Shown: piece after piece, positions 48,993-58,151 of the stretch
Position numbering within the stretch: the stretch's first letter is position 1
How the letters are laid out: each line of letters opens with the position of its first letter
Assembly (NCBI GenBank): GCA_038254115.1
Contig: JBBSGK010000001.1
Location: 2,713 to 66,712 of the forward strand
Length of the DNA stretch: 64,000 nucleotides
Source: Candidatus Levyibacteriota bacterium
GTDB lineage: Bacteria; Patescibacteriota; Microgenomatia; Levybacterales; UBA12049
Direction of reading: 5' to 3'
Translations under genes and position numbers: made by a program
Notes under the pieces: model-generated
Told to the model about the DNA's origin: nothing
Seen by the model: only the letters and a program-made list of their open reading frames with translations
The model's database searches: none

Positions 48993-49691
48993 ATGGCAAT
49001 GGAAATGGAGGACTTAGCAGGAAGAGGTCGGGGTACACATCCTGTTTGGGCGAAAGAACTCGCAAGACTTGCCCGTCTTTTTAGAGAAGCAGGTGGGCCT
49101 GAACGCTTTCCTGTAGAGGAAGAGTTGGGCGCTAGGCAATTTTCTAAAGAGCAGATGGTAGGGTTAAAAGGAGTAGGTTTTGATTTTTTTGTAGACATAG
49201 AGTCAAAAACCGTTGAGCAGTTATTGGAGGAAGCGCCTGGACGCATTAAAAAAGGTGATAAACGTATGAAGTTGCCGGCCGGATCGCCTAAAGTTCGTAA
49301 TGTTGCCGTACGAACAGCAGGGTTAGTTATCCCTGGTAGCAATAACTTGTCATTCCACCAGCAAAGTGAGAAATTAGCAGAGTGGGAGCAGGAAATTAGG
49401 AGTAGGCAGTTGGAAAGAGGAACTCTTGATGGAGTTGGTTTTGGAATTGGACACCCTTCAGAGCATTTGCAGATTGATCTTGCCTATCAAAATGCAAATA
49501 GTGGGCTGCCTCTTTATTCAGAAATATTTGCATGCAGCGATTCCCCGGATGAGCCCAATGCTGATAATGCGATAATTATTGGGCGGATTGATCCTAATGA
49601 TCCGCCGACAATTTATAATGATCCCGGTGTAGCTCACCGCCGGGTTTATGTGGCTCCAGTTGCTTATCCACTCCCAGTATTAAGAAAATAA
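48993..49691 (+). CDS. Hypothetical protein
   Basis: 232-aa ORF with an upstream TTGACA/TATGAT-like promoter; no motif recognised. Confidence 0.65.
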   Translation: MAMEMEDLAGRGRGTHPVWAKELARLARLFREAGGPERFPVEEELGARQFSKEQMVGLKGVGFDFFVDIESKTVEQLLEEAPGRIKKGDKRMKLPAGSPKVRNVAVRTAGLVIPGSNNLSFHQQSEKLAEWEQEIRSRQLERGTLDGVGFGIGHPSEHLQIDLAYQNANSGLPLYSEIFACSDSPDEPNADNAIIIGRIDPNDPPTIYNDPGVAHRRVYVAPVAYPLPVLRK

Positions 49692-49842
49692 TTACTTTTA
49701 TTTTTAGGTTTAAGATAGTTATTACACTCACAAAACTAAGAACTTCTGGAAAAATTCACTGATTAGTTACAAGGCGGATTTACCTCAATATTTATGTTAA
49801 GCATGCTTGTTTATTGAAGTATTTTTGTGCTACTGTTAAAGT

Positions 49843-50139
49843 ATGGCACTTTGCGGAGTAAACGAGGTAAGTACTGACTTTGGTTGTTTTAAAAATGATC
49901 CGATCGGATTTGTTCAGCAATTCTATGGTATTGGTTTGGCATTTGTAGGAGCTGTGTCCCTAATCGCAATCATCATCGGCGGTTATACTATCATGACATC
50001 GCAAGGTGATCCTCAGCGCGTGCGGTCAGGAAAATCCTGGATTTTTTACGCTATTGGGGGATTACTTCTTGCAATTTTTGGATTTGTTATTATTCAGACA
50101 ATTGCAGGGGGTATATTGAAGGTTCCAGGTTTTCAATAG
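49843..50139 (+). CDS. TrbC/VirB2-like (CPR-type) pilin
   Basis: 98 aa; two hydrophobic helices separated by GGYTIMTSQGDP.RV.SGK..I.YAIGGLLL; N-terminal Cys pair. Confidence 0.75.
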   Translation: MALCGVNEVSTDFGCFKNDPIGFVQQFYGIGLAFVGAVSLIAIIIGGYTIMTSQGDPQRVRSGKSWIFYAIGGLLLAIFGFVIIQTIAGGILKVPGFQ

Positions 50140-50145
50140 TTAGAT

Positions 50146-53100
50146 ATGAAAAAATTTCTGCCCGCTTTTTTATTAAGTATTAGTTTTTTTGCTATACTTT
50201 TCATTTTTCCGCATAAAGTTCATGCTGATCCCGTTACGATAGATAAAGCACCTGTTACTGCTGATGACAAATGGGTTATAGATCCTGAGGTCACATTTAT
50301 CGGTAAAAACGCAGCAAGGTCGGGTAATCTATTAAACTTCACACTTCTAAATTATCATTGGGTCTGCGTAAAACAGCTTCCTAGCGGACAGTGTGATGAT
50401 AGTAAAAATCCTATTGCCGCGGTCTGGTTAACAACCGTTACATATATCGTTGTACCGCTTCTTTTTGTAGTTATTCTTGCAACGGCAATCATAATTATTG
50501 TGACCCGCGGACGCAGTATTACCGTTATGCGTTTTCTGCCGCGGTTTGTTGCGGTTATCATATTGATATTTTTCTCTTTTGCGCTTCTTCAATTTTTCTA
50601 TCAATTTGTAGATGTAATTCAGGGATTTTTCCTGCGGTCTCATTCAGGAGCTTGCCCTCCTGACTGTATTTCGAATGCTGATTTGCTGTATGTAGGATGG
50701 AAATATCAGGATTTCCAAGGCCTTAGGTTATTGGGGGATAAAAATACAGAATCGGCTTTTATCACTCTACTTCTTACCAAATTAACAGCCCTTACTTACT
50801 TTGTGATGGTTGGATTACTTTTTCTTAGAAAAGTAATTCTTTGGCTTTTTATAATTGTATCTCCAATTTTTCCACTTCTTCTACTATATTATCCAGTTAG
50901 AAATACCGGTAAAATCTGGATTGGAGAATTCTTCCGCTGGTTACTTTATGCTCCACTATTTGCCATTTTTCTAAAAGGGCTCGTATCGTTATGGAGAGCA
51001 GGAATTCCACTAGTATTTACAACGGTTTCCCATAGCGACCCAAACCTTATTGTATACCCGACAGCCGTTAATATTCTTTTGGGCGGACCCAAAGAATTTG
51101 TAACCCTCGGCAATAGCATCAATCTCACAGAAACATTTGCTTTGTATGTCGTATCCCTCCTTATGTTGTGGGGAGTAATAATATTGCCATGGATACTTTT
51201 GCAGATTTTTCTTGATTATGCATCCAATTTGGGAGTTGGAGATAGCGCAGTAATGAAGAACATGATTAATATGGTTAATAATAGGCAGGGAGTGCCACCA
51301 TCTCCATCATCACATCCTCCTGCAGGCGGGGGAGCGACTATAAATCTTCCATTCACCAAGAAATTCAGTATGCCGGTTCCACCGAGCGCTCCGACCGGTA
51401 CAGCCCGGGAAATTCCTGTGTCTTCCTCTAAATTCTCAACAACCGCATTTATGCCATCGGCGCAGGTCAAGGCTCAGGTATTAACTCTTACGAACATGTC
51501 TCTTCCAACGATGCGCGATATTGCCAAATATGATACATCCCTCATATCCCGCGATAGCTCTACTAAGAAAGAAGCTTTGACTATCAGGGACAATCTTATC
51601 AAGATCGGCAATCCGGAATCGGCAACGTCAACCAGCGATAAGGAAAGATATGTTGAAATCCGGGAAAAACTAACACAGGAAAGTACTAAGGGAAATACTC
51701 TGGCAACATCTATTCTAAGCGCTGCGAGTACAGTTTCAAGACGAAGTAGTCAGGCATCAACATCTCAGATTAAGAGTATGCTTACTCAGATTGCCAATCC
51801 ACAAGCCGCGTCTGCTGCGGGAGCAACATCTGTTATCAACAGGGAAAAACTATCGAAGTTGAATGAATCCCTGACGAAAGAGAAAAAAGAAGGCAACACT
51901 TTGGCTGCTTCTATCCTTTCGGTAAACGAAAAAACATCCTCAGCCGAAATCGAAAAACTCCAAGAGAAGATATTGGATGCAAAGACAAAGGGAGAACCTG
52001 TTGGAGTACAGCTTGCAAATGCGTTACAGAAGAAAGAAGCATTGCCTCTTGCAAACAGAGTCCAAACTGTAAGTAAAGAAGACTACCAAGCAGTAAAGGA
52101 TATGTGGAAAGAGAATTACAAAAATCTTGAGGTTCCTCAAGGAATGGCAGGGACAAGGGAAGAATGGGTAAAGGATGATATAGCAAAGATAGACAGTATT
52201 ATCGGACTTTTGGATTCAAAGGATGATGAAAAGATTGCTCAGGGAATGGAAGAGGTCTCAAGCATTTTGCCTTTCCTTTTGGTTGGCGGTTTCTCACAGA
52301 CGGAAATTATTTCTTATCTTAAAGCCAAACAGGATGCTGCAAAAGAGGTAACTGTGGAATTGACGCAGGAAGAAGAAGATAAAGTTTCGGTTTCGGTAAA
52401 AAAGACCGCAACTGCCCAGCAGACTATGTCAGCAACTATCCCGGAGTCATCAGAAGATGATACAGATGGTTCGGATTTGAGTAACGCTTCTGCAAAAGCT
52501 GGCTCCAAGGTCATTCCTAATGCGTCGGTTGATATTTTAAATATGGCCAATCTTGAGCTGCCCAAATTAACAGACATCGTGAAATACGAAATGAGGCATC
52601 TTACAAAAGATAAAACCGAGTCTGAAAGAATAGAAAAAATGCACGGAGTGCTCGAGAGAATTGGAAATCCTGCATCTATTCAGTCTGAAGCGGAGCGGAA
52701 TCAATACGAGACTCTCCGTGAAAAGCTTGGGGAAGAAAGCCTAAGTGGCAATGCTACGGCATCCACAATTCTTTCTGCTGTTTCGAGGTTAACTCAGACA
52801 ACATCGGACATTGATGCGACTCTTGTTGAACTAAAAACAATCCTCAAACAAATTGCGAATCCACAAAACTTAGAGTCTAGTGAAGACCGTGATTATTACA
52901 CCCGGCTTCACCAATATCTTGAAAATGAAATTAAACAAAATAGTAGTACCGTTTCCCAAAGTATTCTTTCGGTAAACGACACCACCAAGATGTCAGATAT
53001 TCAAAATATTAAGGAACAACTGAGCATAGGTAATAATGCAGGAAGTCCCGCGCTTCCGCAATTGACGTCCGCAGTAAATGATGTTTCAAGAGCAAGGCAG

Positions 53101-53793
53101 TTGAGATCAGTGATCTCACAGATTCTTGCACCTGCTGAAATAAAATCGCAAGTTGATAAAAAGACCTATACAACTATCAAAAAATCAATAGACGATGCAA
53201 GTAAAAAGGGCGATTCTTTAGCTGCCTCATTACTATCAATCAATTCTAAAACTCCGGACATTGTCCTTACTCAAATGCACAAAAAACTTGTAGATGCAGG
53301 AAATAAAGGTGACGAAACGGCAAAGACAATTCTTGCGCAAGTTTCAGAACCACTCGCTTTATCCAGCGTAAGCCGTTTGCAGGAAGTAAAGCCTGAAGAA
53401 TACGAAGAGGCAAAAGAGCTATGGAAGAAAGCATATATGCAGTATTTTGTTCCCTCAGGATTTACAGAAGATGTTAAAGGAAGACTAGAATGGATAAATA
53501 ACGATGCCCTCGATATTGAAGACACAATTGGGCTCTTGCAGTCACCGGACGCAGAAAAGAAAAACACGGGACTAAAAAAAGTTTCAAGTATATTGCCATT
53601 CCTTCTTCTAGGAGGTTTCTCAACTTCTGAAATGATTCAATATCTTCAAACTAAACTGGATGCGGCAAAGGAAGCAATTACAGCTATAAATGCGGAGGAA
53701 GATAAATCAGTCCAGGTTGCTGTAAAAAAAGATGAAAAGGCTGAAGATAAAGCAATGAGTGAGGAAGTTCCTGATGAAGAAGAAAAGAAATAA
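50146..53793 (+). CDS. Large membrane protein: VirB6/TrbL-like multi-TM N-terminus plus repetitive helical cytoplasmic tail
   Basis: Signal-like N-terminus; TM region with RKVILWLFIIVSPIF..W..EFFRWLLYAP; tail organised as modules A-B-C-A-B-B-C. Confidence 0.7.
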   Translation: MKKFLPAFLLSISFFAILFIFPHKVHADPVTIDKAPVTADDKWVIDPEVTFIGKNAARSGNLLNFTLLNYHWVCVKQLPSGQCDDSKNPIAAVWLTTVTYIVVPLLFVVILATAIIIIVTRGRSITVMRFLPRFVAVIILIFFSFALLQFFYQFVDVIQGFFLRSHSGACPPDCISNADLLYVGWKYQDFQGLRLLGDKNTESAFITLLLTKLTALTYFVMVGLLFLRKVILWLFIIVSPIFPLLLLYYPVRNTGKIWIGEFFRWLLYAPLFAIFLKGLVSLWRAGIPLVFTTVSHSDPNLIVYPTAVNILLGGPKEFVTLGNSINLTETFALYVVSLLMLWGVIILPWILLQIFLDYASNLGVGDSAVMKNMINMVNNRQGVPPSPSSHPPAGGGATINLPFTKKFSMPVPPSAPTGTAREIPVSSSKFSTTAFMPSAQVKAQVLTLTNMSLPTMRDIAKYDTSLISRDSSTKKEALTIRDNLIKIGNPESATSTSDKERYVEIREKLTQESTKGNTLATSILSAASTVSRRSSQASTSQIKSMLTQIANPQAASAAGATSVINREKLSKLNESLTKEKKEGNTLAASILSVNEKTSSAEIEKLQEKILDAKTKGEPVGVQLANALQKKEALPLANRVQTVSKEDYQAVKDMWKENYKNLEVPQGMAGTREEWVKDDIAKIDSIIGLLDSKDDEKIAQGMEEVSSILPFLLVGGFSQTEIISYLKAKQDAAKEVTVELTQEEEDKVSVSVKKTATAQQTMSATIPESSEDDTDGSDLSNASAKAGSKVIPNASVDILNMANLELPKLTDIVKYEMRHLTKDKTESERIEKMHGVLERIGNPASIQSEAERNQYETLREKLGEESLSGNATASTILSAVSRLTQTTSDIDATLVELKTILKQIANPQNLESSEDRDYYTRLHQYLENEIKQNSSTVSQSILSVNDTTKMSDIQNIKEQLSIGNNAGSPALPQLTSAVNDVSRARQLRSVISQILAPAEIKSQVDKKTYTTIKKSIDDASKKGDSLAASLLSINSKTPDIVLTQMHKKLVDAGNKGDETAKTILAQVSEPLALSSVSRLQEVKPEEYEEAKELWKKAYMQYFVPSGFTEDVKGRLEWINNDALDIEDTIGLLQSPDAEKKNTGLKKVSSILPFLLLGGFSTSEMIQYLQTKLDAAKEAITAINAEEDKSVQVAVKKDEKAEDKAMSEEVPDEEEKK

Positions 53794-53870
53794 ATTTACA
53801 AGTCAGTTTATGTAAATATGTTGACTTGTTATTTATCGGAATTTAGTATTTAATAGAAGATAATTGTATT

Positions 53871-56800
53871 ATGTTTGGAACTTTTTTTAATTCAAAAAAG
53901 CCGGACGAAGCAGATGCAAGCAATATTCCTGCCCAGCCGATAACGGATCAGAATCCACCGGTTGTCGGATTAGCGCAAGCTCCTGCTTCGGCGCCTTTAT
54001 CTCAAGAGCCTGTTTCCCCAAGTCCTGTGTCAACGCAAGCGCCCAATCATGATCTCAGTATTCAGAATTCAGCAGTTAACCAACAACCAGTGAGTGTCGC
54101 ACCTCAATCTATAAATAATCCGGCCGTGCGGGCTGATACATCGGCTCTTTCTCATCTCGATCCAAGGGCGGGACAAGTCCTAACACATGCGCAGGAGGAG
54201 ACAAAAAGGATTAAGCAGCAATTTATAGAGCCTTCTCAAATTATATTTGGTCTATTGTATGATGAGCAGGTTTATAAGCTTCTCTCCGAATTCCAAGCTG
54301 ATGGTGGAGCTCTTTCCAAAGAAATACAGTCGAAGGAAGTAATGGGAGTTTTTCGAAGCCAGCCGGCTCTCAGTAAAGTAGCGATGGCTGTTTTTGATCA
54401 GGCGTATAAAGATGCCAAAATGCGTGGATCAAACTTCGTAACACCTGAGGATTTATTGATAGTATTATTTGATCCGCAGTTTGGCGTATCCGGCTCTTTG
54501 GAGTCCCGCGGTCTTAAGAAAGAAGCAGTTGTTGAAAAAGTTTCAAAAAATCCCAATCTAAATTTTGGCAAAAAAACCATTCTTGAAAAATACGGAGTCG
54601 ATCTGAATGAAGAAGCAAGAGCGGGTAAACTTGATCCAATCGCCGGCCGTGACGAAGAAATTGACAGAATCATTCACATCCTTTTGCGTAGGACAAAAAA
54701 CAATCCGATTATAATTGGTGAGACGGGGGTTGGTAAAACCGCAATTGTTGAAGGATTAGCACAAAAAATAGTAGCAGGACAAGTTCCAAAAGATTTGGCC
54801 GAAAAAAGAGTTTTTCAGCTCGATGTTGCCTCTTTGGTGGCCGGGGCCTCTCACCGCGGAGAATTTGAAGAAAGACTAAGAGGAGTTATCAATGAAGTGC
54901 TGGGATCAGGCAACAAGATAATTCTTTTTATTGATGAAATTCACTCCCTCATGGGAACAGGTGAGGAGGGGATGAATGCTGCGAACATTATAAAACCCCA
55001 TCTTGCCAGAGGCCATTTACAGTTAATTGGCGCTACAACAACTATTGAATACAGAAGAAATTTTGAAAAAGATAAAGCTTTTGAGCGCCGTTTTCAGCCC
55101 GTTACAGCCGAGGAACCATCTGAGGAACACGCTTTTGAGATGCTTAAAGTTATTAGACCAAAGTATGAAAAATTTCACAAGATTACTATTTCTGATGATA
55201 CTCTGATGGAATGCGTGAAACTCTCCAAAAAATACATTGGGGAACGCTATCTACCAGACAAAGCTGTGGATTTGCTTGATGAAGCAGGGTCTGAGGTACA
55301 CCTTCAGGCGGATGAAGGTAAAAGAGGCGATAATCAGGTTAAAAAAACTGATATTGAAAAAGTGGTTAGCGGATGGACAGGAATTCCAATTACCAAATTG
55401 ACTGAGGATGAATCGGAAAAGCTTCTAAAATTGGAAGACAGAATACACCATAGATTGATAGATCAGATGGAGGCAGTTGTTGCTGTATCAGAAGCAGTCC
55501 GGCGCGGACGGATTGGTTTGGCTGCTGCTAACCGGCCGATTGCATCGTTCGTTTTCCTAGGCCCTACTGGGGTCGGTAAAACAGAGCTTGCTAAAACACT
55601 CGCCGAGCTTCTCTTTGGCCGTGATGATGCAATGGCAAGGCTTGATATGTCAGAGTATATGGAGAAGCATGAAGTGGCGAAGCTTATCGGAGCGCCTCCG
55701 GGGTATGTCGGATATGAAGAGGGAGGTCAATTGACAGAGGCGGTCAGGAAAAAGCCGTATTCCATTGTTTTGTTTGACGAGATAGAAAAAGCTCATCCTG
55801 ATGTTTTCAATATTTTGCTCCAGCTTCTTGAGGACGGACGGCTTACGGATAATAAAGGAAATACAATATCATTTAAAAACACTATTGTCATTTGTACATC
55901 AAACATCGGGAGCTCGCTGATTCAGGAAAAGCTTAGCCAGGTTGATTCCAAGGAGAAAAAATCAGCTGAAGAATCCGCAAAGACATTTAAAGAGCTCTCA
56001 GAAGTTGTCAAGCAGGAGCTAATCAAATTTTTCCGGCCTGAATTACTTAACCGTTTTGACGATGTTGTGATTTTCAAACCCCTTCTTCAGGAGCATATGG
56101 CAGGAATTGCCCGATTGGGAATTGCCAAAACAGCAGGTCTTCTAAAAGAGCAGGGATTTACTCTTCAGATTACCGAAAAAGGTGTCGCGCAACTCGCAAA
56201 AGACGGTTATGATCCGGTATATGGCGCCAGACCTCTTAGGCGTTTGATCCAGACAGCTATAGAAAATCCAATTGCTCTTGAGATCATTTCCAAAAAATTT
56301 GAGGCCGGGGATACTATCGTTGTTGATTACAATGATACCAACAATGAATTTACATTTTCCAAGGGTCAGGATAGTGTGAATGAATCGGAAAATCTAAAAA
56401 AGACACTCCTTGAGATAAATAACCCCGGCGCCATATCAGATACTGCCAAGAAAGATAAGTATACAAGACTTCATGATGAATTGGTTCCAGCAAGTAAACA
56501 GGGAGATAAACTTTCGGAAGCAATCCTTTCGGTAAACGAAGGCACATCTGATGAAGTGATTAAAAAAATATTGGAAGATCTGAAAATAGCGCAAAATAAA
56601 GGGAATCAGCTTGCGTCCGATATAATGGCCATAGTGGGTGCGGAAAATGTCAAAGAAGCTGAGATAACTCACGATGCAGCTCCGGTTACAAAATTTAAGA
56701 AAACCCTGCAACAGGTAATAAATCCTCTCTACCTTGCGGCACCGGGCAATAAAGATAAGTTTAGCGCATTATATGATAAGCTCACTACTGCAAATCAGGA

Positions 56801-57557
56801 AAATAATGCATTGGCAAAACCAATCTTATCAATCACAGACATAACTCCTGACTCGGATATACAGCAATTGAAAACTCAGCTTGAAAGTGCAAAGGCGCAA
56901 GGTGATCCTTTGGCGATTGAAATTTTAGATACTATTGAGGCAGGCATAAAAACAGAAGAGGTGGCAAAACTCAAAGAAACATTGCTTCTAATAGTTAATC
57001 CAATTAGCGCACAAATACCAATTGAGAAGGAGAAGTTTATTGCCTTGCATGATAAAATTTCTCAGGCCAGCGAAAAAGGCAACGCTCTGGCGGCATCAAT
57101 TCTGGCCATTAACGATACAACTTCAGACGATGCTTTGATTCAGCTTAAAAATCAGTTGGAGGCTGCATTGGCTCAGAATGATGAAGTAGCATTATTGGTA
57201 TTAAATGCCGAATCTGCGCCGGGTGTTGTAGATCAACCAACGCAGGAAAATCCTGAACAGGCTTATCCTTTTGGTATGGGTCAGCAAGAAGAGGCAGCTG
57301 CCACTCAATTAACTCCGGATCCCGCCGCTCAAGGGGCGGTTTTACAGGAAGGCACAGTTCCTCAACCAGTACCGGTTACTCCGTCTCTTAGCACGCCTAC
57401 AGTAGAACAACCAAGTGGTGGATCTGCTTTTCAGCCCCCATCTTCTACGCCACAGGCTGGTGTAAGCGCCGGGATGAGCGCGCTGAACGAGATTTTACAA
57501 AGAGACGCCGATCCTTTTGGTAATCCAGTTGAGCCCGAGGAGGAAAGGGTCAGATAA
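53871..57557 (+). CDS. Clp/Hsp100 class I AAA+ ATPase with Pro-rich termini and three extra C-terminal repeats
   Basis: Clp N-domain; D1 [13 protein letters not shown]; D2 [22 protein letters not shown] and GARPLRR; no M-domain coiled coil and no IGF loop. Confidence 0.92.
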   Translation: MFGTFFNSKKPDEADASNIPAQPITDQNPPVVGLAQAPASAPLSQEPVSPSPVSTQAPNHDLSIQNSAVNQQPVSVAPQSINNPAVRADTSALSHLDPRAGQVLTHAQEETKRIKQQFIEPSQIIFGLLYDEQVYKLLSEFQADGGALSKEIQSKEVMGVFRSQPALSKVAMAVFDQAYKDAKMRGSNFVTPEDLLIVLFDPQFGVSGSLESRGLKKEAVVEKVSKNPNLNFGKKTILEKYGVDLNEEARAGKLDPIAGRDEEIDRIIHILLRRTKNNPIIIGETGVGKTAIVEGLAQKIVAGQVPKDLAEKRVFQLDVASLVAGASHRGEFEERLRGVINEVLGSGNKIILFIDEIHSLMGTGEEGMNAANIIKPHLARGHLQLIGATTTIEYRRNFEKDKAFERRFQPVTAEEPSEEHAFEMLKVIRPKYEKFHKITISDDTLMECVKLSKKYIGERYLPDKAVDLLDEAGSEVHLQADEGKRGDNQVKKTDIEKVVSGWTGIPITKLTEDESEKLLKLEDRIHHRLIDQMEAVVAVSEAVRRGRIGLAAANRPIASFVFLGPTGVGKTELAKTLAELLFGRDDAMARLDMSEYMEKHEVAKLIGAPPGYVGYEEGGQLTEAVRKKPYSIVLFDEIEKAHPDVFNILLQLLEDGRLTDNKGNTISFKNTIVICTSNIGSSLIQEKLSQVDSKEKKSAEESAKTFKELSEVVKQELIKFFRPELLNRFDDVVIFKPLLQEHMAGIARLGIAKTAGLLKEQGFTLQITEKGVAQLAKDGYDPVYGARPLRRLIQTAIENPIALEIISKKFEAGDTIVVDYNDTNNEFTFSKGQDSVNESENLKKTLLEINNPGAISDTAKKDKYTRLHDELVPASKQGDKLSEAILSVNEGTSDEVIKKILEDLKIAQNKGNQLASDIMAIVGAENVKEAEITHDAAPVTKFKKTLQQVINPLYLAAPGNKDKFSALYDKLTTANQENNALAKPILSITDITPDSDIQQLKTQLESAKAQGDPLAIEILDTIEAGIKTEEVAKLKETLLLIVNPISAQIPIEKEKFIALHDKISQASEKGNALAASILAINDTTSDDALIQLKNQLEAALAQNDEVALLVLNAESAPGVVDQPTQENPEQAYPFGMGQQEEAAATQLTPDPAAQGAVLQEGTVPQPVPVTPSLSTPTVEQPSGGSAFQPPSSTPQAGVSAGMSALNEILQRDADPFGNPVEPEEERVR

Positions 57558-57671
57558 GCTGCAGATCTAGTAAATAAATAAACCCCTTGTTATCAATACA
57601 ATATTTATGTAATATTAGCGCATACAAACCGCCTAAGTTTAATCTCTTGGTCGGTGAAAGGAGGTGAGTAT

Positions 57672-58130
57672 ATGAATAAAAATATTTTAATCGCATTGGT
57701 AGTTATCGTTTTACTCGTCTTGGGATTTGTAATTGTCAAAGGCAGCTCAAATAAAGCTGTTACGCCAACAGTTACACCTAGCGCAACGACTGAAAAACCA
57801 TCCAGCTCTCCATCTGCGATGGAAAAATCACCATCCAAGGAACCAGAGGCAATGTCTCAAAAAGAAGACACAGTTACATTGAGCGCAAGCGGTTTTGAAC
57901 CTGCAACAATCACAGTTAAAAAAGGAGATAAAGTTGTATGGGTAAATAAGAGTGGAGATAGCGCAACTGTTGATTCAGACAATCATCCAACTCATCTTCT
58001 TTATCCGCCCTTAAACATGGGTACTTTTGATGATGGGGCTAAGCATGAGTTAGTTTTTGATAAAGCAGGAACTTACACATACCACGACCATTTCCATCCA
58101 TCCAGACGAGGGAAAGTGGTTGTAGAGTAA
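57672..58130 (+). CDS. Membrane-anchored cupredoxin-domain protein
   Basis: TM and Thr/Pro linker, then GFEPATITVKKGDKVVWVN and GTYTYHDH; strong SD. Confidence 0.8.
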   Translation: MNKNILIALVVIVLLVLGFVIVKGSSNKAVTPTVTPSATTEKPSSSPSAMEKSPSKEPEAMSQKEDTVTLSASGFEPATITVKKGDKVVWVNKSGDSATVDSDNHPTHLLYPPLNMGTFDDGAKHELVFDKAGTYTYHDHFHPSRRGKVVVE

Positions 58131-58151
58131 AAAGCGTGCTAAAATGGGGCA

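Noticed and set aside
49843-57557. Conjugative element or canonical T4SS/T6SS
   Set aside because: No VirB4, VirD4, relaxase, sheath, Hcp or VgrG in the window; the context is chromosomal.
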